Virus record (IMG/VR): IMGVR_UViG_3300032770_000019
Coordinates: 1 to 64,000 of that record
Reading direction: 5' to 3' (one strand)
DNA: 64,000 bases
Source of the DNA: a virus
Positions within the stretch are counted from its first letter, which is position 1. Every line of letters starts with the position of its first letter. Made by a program: the position numbers and the translations under genes. The notes under the pieces were generated by a model. That model was not told the DNA's origin, did no database searches, and worked only from the letters and a program-made list of their open reading frames with translations. Shown one piece after another: positions 18,131-27,928 of the stretch.

Positions 18131-18426
18131 ACCCGGTAGATACGTTTCGCAGGAACATGCGCTATTATCGATTGAAGCGCGGCTGGACGTTCCAGGAGCT
18201 ATCTCACTACTCAGGAGTGTCGGACTCCGTCCTAGCAAAGTTCGAGCGCTCACGATCTCGTGGACTGTCGCTTAGATCCGCTATAGAAATAGCTAGGTCA
18301 CTTGAGGTGACAATGGACGATATGCTACGGGTTCAGGTAATACAAGAAAGCGAGATAGAAGATATGGAATACGAAATACGCTCACGATCCTCCCGCGCAG
18401 GAGCACTAAATCGGAGATCCGAATGA
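18127..18426 (+). CDS. XRE-family HTH regulator
   Basis: RLKRGWTFQELSHYSGVSDSVLAKFER...IARSLEV. Confidence 0.8.
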   Translation: MNPVDTFRRNMRYYRLKRGWTFQELSHYSGVSDSVLAKFERSRSRGLSLRSAIEIARSLEVTMDDMLRVQVIQESEIEDMEYEIRSRSSRAGALNRRSE

Positions 18427-19646
18427 AGGAACTAGTATTTCCGCCTAACTGGAAGCAGCGACCGGTTCCTAAGGAACGCAAAGGTAAGTTCCTAGTAAGC
18501 GTAAACGAGCTTAACTCTTTCCAGCGGTGCCGCCGTGCGTGGGATATCACGTCACCGTCACGCCAGTCATTGCACCGTATCGGTATGCCCGTCCCTGCGT
18601 TGCACATTGGTAGTGCCGTTCACTATTCAATGGCTTCGCTGGCTCTCGGTGGCGATCCGGTAGCTGCCGCGTTGATCTTCTACGAGGATAGCAAGGAGCA
18701 GCTGGAAAAGAAGTATATCGAAACGGTCGGCGCACCCCTTAGTAGTCAAGAACTAGCGATATTGGCGGAACAACGTGACCAAGTCGTTGATATGGTTCGA
18801 GCTTATACTGCTCGCTACGGAAAGCGTAACCCTACTAAACCTTATAAGATTGTTGCGCCAGAAGTCACGTTCGAGATACCGCTCGTTCCAGATTACGGCA
18901 TATACCTCGTTGGGACTATTGACCGCGTGCATGTCGATGCTTACGGTAATCCTATACCTGGCGAGGTAAAGACCTACAAAGCCAAGCCGAATAAGACCGG
19001 CTGGCGCTATAACCATCAAGTGTACGGTTACGCAGCTGCGCTACAGGTGCTAACGCGTAAGAGGGTACCGTTGGCGCTATACGATGGAATACGCAAGAAA
19101 GCACCCGAGCCTCCTAGGATATTGAAAGATGGAACGGTATCTACAGCTTGGATTGATACTACATACGATCTTTACCGAGCTACGCTCCTCGAAGTGTATA
19201 ACGGTGATAAAAGTGTACTTGTTCACCCGGCGTACGCTCCGCTATTGCAGCGTCTGTGGAACCGTGATCACTCCGCAGACAGTGCGTTCCATACGAGGTT
19301 CCGGGTGCCGATATCACAACACGCGATCGAACTATGGTGGGACCAAGCTCAGGTACTAGCAATGGAGATGGCGCATTCTCCGATAATCTACCCGAACTTC
19401 GACTGGCAGGGTTGTCCGTTGTGTCGGGTACGCGATCTATGCCACGCCATTCAAGGAGGAGAACTTCAAGCTCAAGACGTAATTCGTAGCGAATTTACTA
19501 GGGGGCTAACACATACACGACAGGCAAAGCACGTAGCAACGCCGCAGAATGTCAAAAGCATCGATGACCTCATCGCGTTCGCTGGCGAAATGTCACCGGA
19601 CAGACCGTTCGAGATATCCACGGAGGCAGAAAGTGACCCGAGTTGA
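18423..19646 (+). CDS. Cas4/RecB-like PD-(D/E)XK exonuclease
   Basis: FQRCRR, IGSAVH, GTIDRV, EVKT, Q..GY, CPLCRVRDLC. Confidence 0.8.
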   Translation: MKELVFPPNWKQRPVPKERKGKFLVSVNELNSFQRCRRAWDITSPSRQSLHRIGMPVPALHIGSAVHYSMASLALGGDPVAAALIFYEDSKEQLEKKYIETVGAPLSSQELAILAEQRDQVVDMVRAYTARYGKRNPTKPYKIVAPEVTFEIPLVPDYGIYLVGTIDRVHVDAYGNPIPGEVKTYKAKPNKTGWRYNHQVYGYAAALQVLTRKRVPLALYDGIRKKAPEPPRILKDGTVSTAWIDTTYDLYRATLLEVYNGDKSVLVHPAYAPLLQRLWNRDHSADSAFHTRFRVPISQHAIELWWDQAQVLAMEMAHSPIIYPNFDWQGCPLCRVRDLCHAIQGGELQAQDVIRSEFTRGLTHTRQAKHVATPQNVKSIDDLIAFAGEMSPDRPFEISTEAESDPS

Positions 19647-19855
19647 ACGCAGCTGCAGCGACACACGCTAGGACTTCGCATGTAACGATTAAGGAGCTCA
19701 GAAGGCGAATTCGCAGCGAGCAGACACTTCGCTATCGCTCACTACGTGAGCTTAAAGATAGCGGACTTTCCTATCGCGCCATTTCAAAGCTCACGGGTAT
19801 TCCGAGGAGCACCGTCGCGTACGTACTAAACAACCCGGAGGAGTGGTACCAATGA
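19643..19855 (+). CDS. HTH DNA-binding protein
   Basis: GLSYRAISKLTGIPRSTVAYVL. Confidence 0.7.
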   Translation: MNAAAATHARTSHVTIKELRRRIRSEQTLRYRSLRELKDSGLSYRAISKLTGIPRSTVAYVLNNPEEWYQ

Positions 19856-20430
19856 GTAAGCCTGAGATTTACGTGTCAATCGACATCGAGACCGATGGTC
19901 CGGTAGCCGGAATCAATTCAATGCTGTCGCTAGGTGCAGCAGCATTCGTGGACGATCCGGTTACGCCACTCGATGAGTTCTACGACAAGCTCGCTCCACT
20001 TTTCGGAATGGTATCGAATCCGGAAACGATGAAGTGGTGGGAAACGCAGACCGAGGCATACGCCGAAGCAACACGAAATCCGAGCGCACCGCACGAAGTA
20101 GTAGCTGCCTTCAATATCTGGTGCGAAAAGCTTTCTAGCGACGGAAAGCTAATCGCGGTCGCCTGGCCAGCGGCATTCGACTTTCCCTTCGTCAACTACT
20201 ACATGCACGCGTTCCTAGGAAAGAATCCACTAGGCTTCGCTTGTCTCGACATCCGCAGCTATGCGAATGGCTTGATGAAGGAAGCTAACTACTACGGTCT
20301 CAAGGAGGAAGAGGTTCGTCACGTAGTCGGTGAGATCGACAAAACGGACCTACGTCCGCACTTCGCTATCGACGATGCGATCGAACAAGGCCGTCTCTTC
20401 ATGGCACTACGAAAGCTGACATCGCAATGA
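19852..20430 (+). CDS. DEDDh 3'-5' exonuclease
   Basis: SIDIETDG, AAFDF, HFAIDDA. Confidence 0.85.
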   Translation: MSKPEIYVSIDIETDGPVAGINSMLSLGAAAFVDDPVTPLDEFYDKLAPLFGMVSNPETMKWWETQTEAYAEATRNPSAPHEVVAAFNIWCEKLSSDGKLIAVAWPAAFDFPFVNYYMHAFLGKNPLGFACLDIRSYANGLMKEANYYGLKEEEVRHVVGEIDKTDLRPHFAIDDAIEQGRLFMALRKLTSQ

Positions 20431-20612
20431 GCAAGATTACGAAAGCCGAAGCAGCAGCTATCGGTCGCCGAACGATTACTGAGGAGCGTAAGAAGAGAGA
20501 AGCTAAAGCGAGGGACATGTTTCAGCGAGGAAGGAAAATACCCTATATCGCCTACTATCTCGAGGTAAGCGAAAAGACCGTTTACCGCTATCTGAAAGGA
20601 ATGCTGAAGTGA
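20427..20612 (+). CDS. HTH DNA-binding protein
   Basis: IAYYLEVSEKTVYRYL. Confidence 0.7.
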   Translation: MSKITKAEAAAIGRRTITEERKKREAKARDMFQRGRKIPYIAYYLEVSEKTVYRYLKGMLK

Positions 20613-20893
20613 GGCCGCTCTTTGTCGATGGTCCGTGGAAAGGTCGCGACGAGGAAGTATCGACCGACAATATCCAGCGGGGGCTTGCAGTCGAAGATAG
20701 CGGTCCCGACAAGGCTTTCGGTAGTCGTCCTAACCAGCCGGTGATCTACCACTTTCATCAGTTCGTGCTGCTTGGCCACGTGCTAATTATCGGCTCAGTG
20801 CAAACGAACCTGCAGGCGATAGCGTTCTCGGATATGAAGGACCTATTCGACGTCGTTACTAGCGACAGGGCAAAGGCAGCTCAGCAGCAATGA
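20609..20893 (+). CDS. hypothetical protein
   Basis: FVDGPWKG N-terminal motif; GTGA overlap. Confidence 0.55.
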   Translation: MRPLFVDGPWKGRDEEVSTDNIQRGLAVEDSGPDKAFGSRPNQPVIYHFHQFVLLGHVLIIGSVQTNLQAIAFSDMKDLFDVVTSDRAKAAQQQ

Positions 20894-21114
20894 ACGTATA
20901 CGTAGTAACGGAGCTTTCGCTCTTCGGTGCGATCAACGTCATCGGTATCTACATAGACGAAGTCGAGGCGCTTAGAGAAGCCAATAAGTCAACGATGCGT
21001 AAGGTAGGTACGTTTCCGTTGCTTGGCGACTTGACAAAATTGTCAGTTGCGCCTATCCTGAAGACTGGAGGTGACGAAGGTGATCAGAGTAGGAGAGAGC
21101 TGGCGGACCCGTAA
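20890..21114 (+). CDS. hypothetical protein
   Basis: Overlapping start and stop. Confidence 0.5.
   Translation: MNVYVVTELSLFGAINVIGIYIDEVEALREANKSTMRKVGTFPLLGDLTKLSVAPILKTGGDEGDQSRRELADP
21031..21059 (+). promoter_or_regulatory. promoter TTGACA-N17-TATCCT
   Basis: Followed by GGAGGTGA and GTG 21080. Confidence 0.65.
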
Positions 21115-21307
21115 CGGACATCGTCGCTGGGTGTCGATGCCGCTAGGACTTCTCGTGCTGTTCTTCGCGATTACGTGGCCATACTGGGCGGTACTTTACT
21201 CGATCAAGCTGATCGTGCTACTGTTCTATATTTGCTACTGCATTGTGCGGTGGCTCGTCATAACGATAGGTGAGATTCATGGGGCTTATACACACGCACG
21301 CGAGTAA
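21080..21307 (+). CDS. small membrane protein
   Basis: Long hydrophobic stretch. Confidence 0.55.
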   Translation: MIRVGESWRTRNGHRRWVSMPLGLLVLFFAITWPYWAVLYSIKLIVLLFYICYCIVRWLVITIGEIHGAYTHARE

Positions 21308-21560
21308 GCAGCGTGACAAGGCACAAGCTAAGGAAGCTAAGGCTACTGCTAAGCTGGCGAAGGCCGAGCGCAAGCAGCTGAGCAACCAGCGGGGACCGGC
21401 TAACCAGTGGGACGACATTCTCGCTGGCTTCGAATCGGGCGAGATAACCTGGGAGGACCTTGGTCGCATGCAGAAGATGCAAATGCCGATCGGTTACCAG
21501 ATAAAGTGCAAGGCAGCGGAAAGGAAGGCTAATGCTCGGAAGTCGGTGGACAAAGTCTAG
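21279..21560 (+). CDS. hypothetical protein
   Basis: ORF track; operon packing. Confidence 0.55.
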   Translation: MGLIHTHASKQRDKAQAKEAKATAKLAKAERKQLSNQRGPANQWDDILAGFESGEITWEDLGRMQKMQMPIGYQIKCKAAERKANARKSVDKV

Positions 21561-21864
21561 CGATAGTGCCTACAACGGTAACTGCGTAGAGGCTAAGTTC
21601 GTAAGGTCCAACCATAGTACGGGGAATGGTGCCTGCGTGGAGATTAGCTACAACAAGTCCAGCCATAGCTCCTGCGGTGAATGCGTGGAAGTAGGTTATA
21701 AAAAGTCCAGTCGTAGTACTAATAACGGAGCCTGCGTAGAGACTGGCGGACCGAACTGCTGCGGAGCCGTCCACGTACGCGACTCGAAGAACCCGGAAGG
21801 CGGAATTCTGTCGTTCAGTCCGGAAGCGTGGCAGAAGTTCGTCGATACACTCAAGACCACTTAG
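21532..21864 (+). CDS. DUF397-family protein with four tandem N-terminal motifs
   Basis: 4x [KR]SxxS-x-GxCVE then VRDSKNPEGGILSFSPEAWQKF. Confidence 0.88.
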   Translation: MLGSRWTKSSDSAYNGNCVEAKFVRSNHSTGNGACVEISYNKSSHSSCGECVEVGYKKSSRSTNNGACVETGGPNCCGAVHVRDSKNPEGGILSFSPEAWQKFVDTLKTT

Positions 21865-21865
21865 A

Positions 21866-21902
21866 GTAGAAACCCGGTTACGTCTAGTAGCCGGGTTTCT
21901 AC
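21866..21902 (+). terminator. hairpin terminator
   Basis: gtagaaacccggttac / gtagccgggtttctac. Confidence 0.7.
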
Positions 21903-21905
21903 CTA

Positions 21906-21935
21906 TTGACAGGCCTGTAGCAAATCGGATAGACT
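21906..21935 (+). promoter_or_regulatory. promoter TTGACA-GGCCTGTAGCAAATCGGA-TAGACT
   Basis: Spacer nearly identical to the 29004 promoter. Confidence 0.8.
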
Positions 21936-21955
21936 TAAATCAGGAGGTGACCGCA

Positions 21956-22210
21956 GTGGACATCGAAGAGCTCAAGAAGCTGTGGCAGAAGCTCGGCGGC
22001 AGTATGAATCAGGACGTTCCCGAAGCGGTATTCGAGGCAGCCATCGAATTCGGCGATAACGAAGGCTGGGACATAGTCTTCGATGAAAAGATGGACCCGC
22101 TCGATCTCGGCTACCAGGACTGGAATCCGCAGATGCTAGCGGTCGTTCTCGTTCTGCTGCATATCAGTCGCGGTGCGGTTCCGAACTTCGTAATGGAAGC
22201 TCCGTTCTAA
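21956..22210 (+). CDS. hypothetical protein
   Basis: SD GGAGGTGA. Confidence 0.6.
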   Translation: MDIEELKKLWQKLGGSMNQDVPEAVFEAAIEFGDNEGWDIVFDEKMDPLDLGYQDWNPQMLAVVLVLLHISRGAVPNFVMEAPF

Positions 22211-22358
22211 TGGCGCGTATCGTTATTACCGTAACCGATCAGGAAGCCGATGAGATTCGCGAGTGGCTGAAAACTCACGAGAAGCTTACTCTGCGCCCTA
22301 TAGGCGGTAGCAGGCTATGGCACGTACTCGGTGCTGAGATAGAAGAGAAGGTGCGAGA

Positions 22359-22784
22359 ATGGCCAGGCTAGTACTACTGAGCTTCAAAGACAACGCTGAG
22401 GCTGAACGCCTAGCTCAGAACTTGACGGAGAACGAAGGCGATATCAGTACCGTCATTCCCTGTACGGCTCATATCGAATGGGTTATCGCTCAGCCGACAA
22501 AAGCGTGTCAGTGCGGGCTGTCTGAGCAGCCGGTAAAACGCTCGCGTAGGCGTAAAGGACTTAACCGTACCAGCGCAGATGCGTTCTCGAAAGGTAGGCG
22601 TTTCGGCTGGTGGTGCCATGCTACGTGCCACCGCGTTTCGCGAGGCGTGCTGGAACGCTTTGTCGCCAATCTGACTAACGGCAACTACGACCTGCTACCG
22701 GAAATCCTCGACGATCCCGAACGCGTGCCCAACGACATGCGTCGCTTCCACGACTTCATGCCGAACATTCGGAGCAAGCGATGA
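22359..22784 (+). CDS. hypothetical Cys-containing protein
   Basis: PTKACQC...GWWCHATC. Confidence 0.6.
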   Translation: MARLVLLSFKDNAEAERLAQNLTENEGDISTVIPCTAHIEWVIAQPTKACQCGLSEQPVKRSRRRKGLNRTSADAFSKGRRFGWWCHATCHRVSRGVLERFVANLTNGNYDLLPEILDDPERVPNDMRRFHDFMPNIRSKR

Positions 22785-23076
22785 AAGTTATTCGCGTAAC
22801 CGTCATCGTTGACAAACAAGGACATATTAGTATCGAGGCGTACGGTCCGCTAAAGGAAGGCGGACTTACGGTACTCCTAGAGGAAGCCGCCAAGATAGCT
22901 AAGGAAGCAGGAAAGTAGGTGATCACTACTCTTCAAGATCTTATCCTGCAACTAGTAGATCTATCGAATAGCGGTCAGAAGAACGTAACCGTAAACGTAT
23001 CCGGACGCTGGGTCCAAATACGCAGCGTAACCGTAGATCCGAACGGGTTCGGTGCGTTTATTAACACGGAGGAGTA

Positions 23077-23325
23077 ATGGATACTCACGAGCTAGTCGTA
23101 GCATTCGTGGCAGTGCGTTTCATCGCAGAGGCGGAGGTATATCCCGTCTGGGAAGCGTATAACCAAATGGTCCTAGGAAGTAGCTTTCCCGATGAAAAGC
23201 TGCCTCCCACTCCAAGTCGCACCGAGCTCACGGAAGTAGCAACTAAGCTAATGAAGCAGGCCCTTGTAGCCTTGCCCGAGGACGAAAAGGCGGAAGTAAT
23301 ACGTCTACTTAAAGAGCGACTGTGA
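23077..23325 (+). CDS. hypothetical protein
   Basis: SD GGAGGAG. Confidence 0.6.
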   Translation: MDTHELVVAFVAVRFIAEAEVYPVWEAYNQMVLGSSFPDEKLPPTPSRTELTEVATKLMKQALVALPEDEKAEVIRLLKERL

Positions 23326-23693
23326 ATACCGCACTAGGTCCGGTAGCGTGGCTAAACCGACGCGAGCCGTATACGATACTTAAGCGACGGCTATCACAAA
23401 TGCGTCAGCTCGAGTTGCTACAGGAAATACTCGAGCTGAATCCGGGCTGCTTTAGCGCAGCTAGACTTTCACGTGACGGTCTGATAGCGGAGATTCTTAA
23501 CTATTACGACCTGCTAACTATCGAGTGCGTCGATTGTCCCGTATGCTGGGCTAGCGGGAGAACGCCTTGCTTTCCGAGCATTACGTACATTAAAGGCGTT
23601 AAGAACAGCGTTTACCCTACGCAAACGGAGCTCTATCGTCCGTACCATACCCAGCGGAGGACGCGTGCAATTAGAAAGGTCGGACTGCGTTAG
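23322..23693 (+). CDS. hypothetical Zn-finger protein
   Basis: CPVCWA..RTPC...H..R. Confidence 0.5.
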   Translation: MNTALGPVAWLNRREPYTILKRRLSQMRQLELLQEILELNPGCFSAARLSRDGLIAEILNYYDLLTIECVDCPVCWASGRTPCFPSITYIKGVKNSVYPTQTELYRPYHTQRRTRAIRKVGLR

Positions 23694-23944
23694 TGGCTAA
23701 GATAAGCGAACCACGAATAGTCCTAATTGCGCACTGTAAGGACCCGGACTGCGACTGGAGCGAAGCACTAGAGGACACTCCAGTCGGTCACGGCCTAGAG
23801 CACTGTAACGCGTTTGCACACCCAGTAACGGAAATGCTAATCAGTGCGTATGATATGCTACCGGATGACTCGGACAAGCTGCATAAGGAGGCACGTAATG
23901 GATCGGCTAGAGCAGGCGGAAAAAGCACTCAAGGACCTGCGTAG
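23693..23944 (+). CDS. hypothetical protein
   Basis: CxxxxCDW...H...H. Confidence 0.45.
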   Translation: MAKISEPRIVLIAHCKDPDCDWSEALEDTPVGHGLEHCNAFAHPVTEMLISAYDMLPDDSDKLHKEARNGSARAGGKSTQGPA

Positions 23945-24389
23945 CGCAATCCGTGAAGGACACGAGATACTGCAAGGCTTCAAGGAAGCAATACGTGAAG
24001 CACGCGAGTTCGAAAAGCATCAGCTTAGTCAGGACACGATAAAGCAGAAAATCGAAGATAAGCTAATAGCTGGACTAAAGGAGTTCGAGGAAGCACTAGC
24101 TAAGGCTATTAGCGATGCAACGCAAGCTACCTACGATCGCTTTGACCTACTAGCGTCGATAATGCTAGGTGAAGACGCTGAAAGTGCTAAGAAAGGAATG
24201 CCGCCTATCGAGGAGCTAATCAAGCGCTATCGTGCTACCGCCGCGCGCCCGCCAGTAGCTGTTCTTACCGACAACGACCTAAAAGTCGGACTAGAGAAGA
24301 TGCGAAAGGAACGCAATGCAAGCTCAAGACCTAAACTCCGAGATTTGCCTAGCACTTCACGAGGGCCCGGTACTACAGACGTTCAATAG
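23898..24389 (+). CDS. coiled-coil hypothetical protein
   Basis: SD AAGGAGG; helical pattern. Confidence 0.6.
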   Translation: MDRLEQAEKALKDLRSAIREGHEILQGFKEAIREAREFEKHQLSQDTIKQKIEDKLIAGLKEFEEALAKAISDATQATYDRFDLLASIMLGEDAESAKKGMPPIEELIKRYRATAARPPVAVLTDNDLKVGLEKMRKERNASSRPKLRDLPSTSRGPGTTDVQ

Positions 24390-24632
24390 CAATATTACCT
24401 CCGTAGGTACGGTTTTCTCCGAACCGGGTCAAGCTTGGTTCGAGATACAAACGAACGAAGGTACTAAGCAGGTAATCGTACGCGATGCCGTAGGCCAGCC
24501 GGAAGCAACATAGACATTTGTCATACAAATCATCAGATACCCCCATGGGTATCGCCATTTACCTAAAGCTACCTTTAGGTAAATGCGTTTCACCGGATAA
24601 AACCGAACTCTTTAGGACAGGAAAATAAGCCA

Positions 24633-25052
24633 ATGACTAATCAAACGGAACGTCCGGAAGACACTGTCCGCAGGCTAGCACGTGAGCTTACCGAGCTCGA
24701 GTCCGCAACACTAACACCGCGCGTAAAGGCGCAAGCATCAATAATCGATGCATTCCTCGACAAGAAGACAAGCGGCATCTACCAAGCTCAGCCACTAGCA
24801 CAAACCTGGACCCGGGTCGCAAAGATTGCTGAAGAAGCAGGCGAAGCTATCAGCGAGCTAATCGCGGCAACCGGTGCGAACCCGCGTAAAGGCGTTATTG
24901 AAGGCGCATACGAAAAAATGCTACAAGAGATCGCCGACGTATGGTGCACGGCACTCTTCGCGCTGATGCACTTCACCAAGGATGCGGACGAAACGGAACG
25001 CATCCTCTCGGAATCTCTGGAAAAGGCATATCAGCGGGTTCAGGGTACTTAA
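24633..25052 (+). CDS. MazG-like NTP pyrophosphohydrolase
   Basis: KIAEEAGEA...GANPRKG...EIADV. Confidence 0.8.
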   Translation: MTNQTERPEDTVRRLARELTELESATLTPRVKAQASIIDAFLDKKTSGIYQAQPLAQTWTRVAKIAEEAGEAISELIAATGANPRKGVIEGAYEKMLQEIADVWCTALFALMHFTKDADETERILSESLEKAYQRVQGT

Positions 25053-25055
25053 GTC

Positions 25056-25085
25056 TTGACAGGCCTATAAAGTGTCTGATATGCT
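25056..25085 (+). promoter_or_regulatory. promoter TTGACA-N18-TATGCT upstream of primase
   Basis: Read directly from sequence. Confidence 0.75.
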
Positions 25086-25207
25086 AGCCCTTTAAGGGTT
25101 AGGTAGGGAGAAAGGGCCTGGGGAGGTGACGACCCAAGCCCTTTCTCAGGAGGTCCGGCGACCAGACCGGAAGCTCCTTCCAACCTCCCGTGCCGGCAGG
25201 AGGTCAT

Positions 25208-26062
25208 ATGGATAGGCTATCAGGCTCCAAAAGCCCTGTCAAGTTCGACCTTTTCGTTGCGCAACAGCTAATTGACAGTGGTACTCCGCTGGTTATCGCT
25301 AAGTCGATGCCGAACGGAAAAGTCAATCCTATCGAGAAGGCATGGCAGGACAAAACGCCTGACCAGCGGACACTCGACCAATGGTTGAGCGGTGTCGGTA
25401 CCGTTCTGGGTGCCGTCATGGGTCGTACGTACGATGTCTTCGATTTCGACCCGCAAAATGGCTGTTCACTAGCCGAGTTTCTCGATTATTACGCCTCGCT
25501 TGGCAATAAGTCTCTTTGTGTGCAAGCCATAACCGCTACACCATCGGGCGGTCACCATCTTTGGGTACGTACCCTACAAAAGCCAAAGCGCAATCCTATT
25601 ACTCGCGGAGTTGACTATCAAGGTCAACGCACCTGGGTAGCCATTCCGCCTTCACGCAAGCCGAGCAAAGTCACCGGCGAAGTTTTGCCATACAAGTGGC
25701 TAGAGTACAATCCAGATGGAGGAACCGGCAATGACTCTGGCCTTGCTATTTGGACAGCGCTGTCGCAATGGCCGAACCATTCTCCGCTACCATCGAAACG
25801 CGAAGCGCAGCACCGCGAGTCCGAGAAAGTCACACGTTCCGACGTACGCGAATACCGAAAGGACGGACTACCTCCGAACTCGGATCACGACAACCTACTA
25901 AGCCATATCACCTTCCTCCTATGCCTATGGGGAGCAAACGAGAATGTCGCACTCGAAATATGGCAAGACATCGTGGACAATACCGAACTCAAAGGACGCG
26001 AATACGAAGCGGAGCGTGACTTCTACCGTCACTGGAATGGAGCGTTGCGGAAGCTAAGATGA
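25208..26062 (+). CDS. bifunctional primase-polymerase (prim-pol)
   Basis: DVFDFDPQNG, TPSGGHHLW, GVDY...VAIPPS; SD AGGAGGT. Confidence 0.85.
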   Translation: MDRLSGSKSPVKFDLFVAQQLIDSGTPLVIAKSMPNGKVNPIEKAWQDKTPDQRTLDQWLSGVGTVLGAVMGRTYDVFDFDPQNGCSLAEFLDYYASLGNKSLCVQAITATPSGGHHLWVRTLQKPKRNPITRGVDYQGQRTWVAIPPSRKPSKVTGEVLPYKWLEYNPDGGTGNDSGLAIWTALSQWPNHSPLPSKREAQHRESEKVTRSDVREYRKDGLPPNSDHDNLLSHITFLLCLWGANENVALEIWQDIVDNTELKGREYEAERDFYRHWNGALRKLR

Positions 26063-27420
26063 GCAAAGAAGCTGATGAGCTCCTCAAGGACCGTAGCACT
26101 ATCGGTGATTACACGCAATCCGAATACGCGGATCGCTTTACAGAAGAATACGGTGATCGCTTCCGTTACATACCTCCAGAGGACCGATGGCTAAACTATA
26201 GCGACGGACGATGGCGCGAGGATCAATACGACGCAGCATTCCACTTCGCGGAAAAAATGTGTCGTCAGATTCTCGAAGACACTCCGAAAATGTCTAGCAG
26301 CGGAACAAAGACAAATCCGTACCGCGAAGTAGCACGCTCACGTTGCAGTGCAGCCAGTATCGCAGCGGTATGCCGAATAGCACGCACGAAGCGACCGATC
26401 GTAACAACCCGCGACAAATTCGACGCTAATCCGTACTTGCTCAACACACCAAACGGCACATACGACCTGCTAACTGGCGAGATACTCCCGCACGACTCGA
26501 AGCACATGATTACGCACATAACCAGCGGAGTATACTCCCCGGATATCGAAGCACCCGAAGACTTTACGGAATACTTCGATGAGGTACAAACGCTTGAATG
26601 GCAAGAACAGCTATGGCGAGCGGTTGGCTGCTCACTTCTCGGAGTGTTCGGTGAATACGCCTTCCTCCACACCGGTAGTGGCGGTAACGGTAAATCCACC
26701 TTTCTCGATCTCGTAGGTGAAGCGTTGGGCGACTACGCTGATGAGGCCAGCTGGAAGGTCCTCCACAAAATCGGTGAAGAAGCTCACGAAACCATTCTCG
26801 AAGACCTTCGCGGAAAACGCGTATCGATCATTCATATGGGCTCGCGAAGTCTCTCACCCGAGCAACTGCGGCTACTCGTATCGGAATCGACCGTAAAGGC
26901 GCGTGGCATGCGCGAAAACATGCACACGTTTCGCGCATCGCATACCTTCCACGTATCAATGAACAATCCGCCTCCGATGAACGACCTTGACGCCAGTGTT
27001 CGGAGGCGATTGCTGATTGTACCGTGGAACGTAACTGTCCGTGAGCCCGACCCGATGCTAAAAGAGCGCCTACGAATAACCGCCAAAGACTATGTGCTAA
27101 CGCAGCTGATCGATGGCTACCAGCGGTGGTCGCTTGCGCAATTCCCCCGTGATCCTACCGAAGCGCAATTCAGCAAAAACCCGATATATGCTTTCGGTAC
27201 TACGTGCTGCGAATTCGACCCGACCTACAGCGAACTAACCGAAAATCTCTATGCAGCTGCTCAGCGATGGGCAGAGGACACCGGTGAAAAGCTACCATCT
27301 CCGGCGATCTTCGGACGGACTCTTAGCCGCACCTTTAACCTTTCCAGCTATCGTACTAGCGGCTCCCCAAGAAGGAAAGGTTGGTCGGGTATTCGGCTTA
27401 TTACCGACTACCATGTCTAA
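26059..27420 (+). CDS. D5/P4-type SF3 helicase
   Basis: LLNTPNGTYDL.TG, GSGGNGKST, RRLLIVPW. Confidence 0.88.
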   Translation: MSKEADELLKDRSTIGDYTQSEYADRFTEEYGDRFRYIPPEDRWLNYSDGRWREDQYDAAFHFAEKMCRQILEDTPKMSSSGTKTNPYREVARSRCSAASIAAVCRIARTKRPIVTTRDKFDANPYLLNTPNGTYDLLTGEILPHDSKHMITHITSGVYSPDIEAPEDFTEYFDEVQTLEWQEQLWRAVGCSLLGVFGEYAFLHTGSGGNGKSTFLDLVGEALGDYADEASWKVLHKIGEEAHETILEDLRGKRVSIIHMGSRSLSPEQLRLLVSESTVKARGMRENMHTFRASHTFHVSMNNPPPMNDLDASVRRRLLIVPWNVTVREPDPMLKERLRITAKDYVLTQLIDGYQRWSLAQFPRDPTEAQFSKNPIYAFGTTCCEFDPTYSELTENLYAAAQRWAEDTGEKLPSPAIFGRTLSRTFNLSSYRTSGSPRRKGWSGIRLITDYHV

Positions 27421-27682
27421 CATAGGCTAGGACACTATCTTTTATAAGATACTGAGGCGATAGGACATGATAAGGACATGGTACCTAAACACCTTCTACT
27501 GCAAGGACACGATAGGACACGTAAATACACCACATATACCATGTACCTTACATGCACCCGTAAGGTTACATGTATGAATCCCAACGTTCTCAACTTTCGT
27601 GTCCTATCGTGTCCTTGCAGTAGACGGTGCTTAGGATCGTATCCAGCGTACGCATACCGACCGTGTCCAAAACCATGTCCTG
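27421..27682. repeat. probable replication origin: 38-bp inverted repeat (27484-27521 / 27598-27635) with AGGACA iterons
   Basis: Arms match 36/38; several ggacac/ggacat on the left and gtgtcc/atgtcc on the right; AT-rich centre; follows the helicase gene. Confidence 0.7.
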
Positions 27683-27860
27683 GCCTACGAAGGAGATAGC
27701 CTAGGTAATGCTAAAATGGCTATGGCGCCAAATACGCCTAACCTTTCACGACGTTCGCAAGAACTTCGACGCTAATGGTACGTGCAACTACTGCGGTAGC
27801 AAATGGCTACAATGCGAAACATGCAAAGGCTGGTTCTACGGAACGCACCATTGCCCGCCC

Positions 27861-27890
27861 TTGACAACCACTAAGGAAATCGGATAGGCT
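27861..27890 (+). promoter_or_regulatory. promoter TTGACA-N18-TAGGCT
   Basis: AAATCGGA before -10 as in sister promoters. Confidence 0.75.
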
Positions 27891-27928
27891 TGTCCTGCAT
27901 AGCAATTCACCCCGCACTAGGGAGAGAC

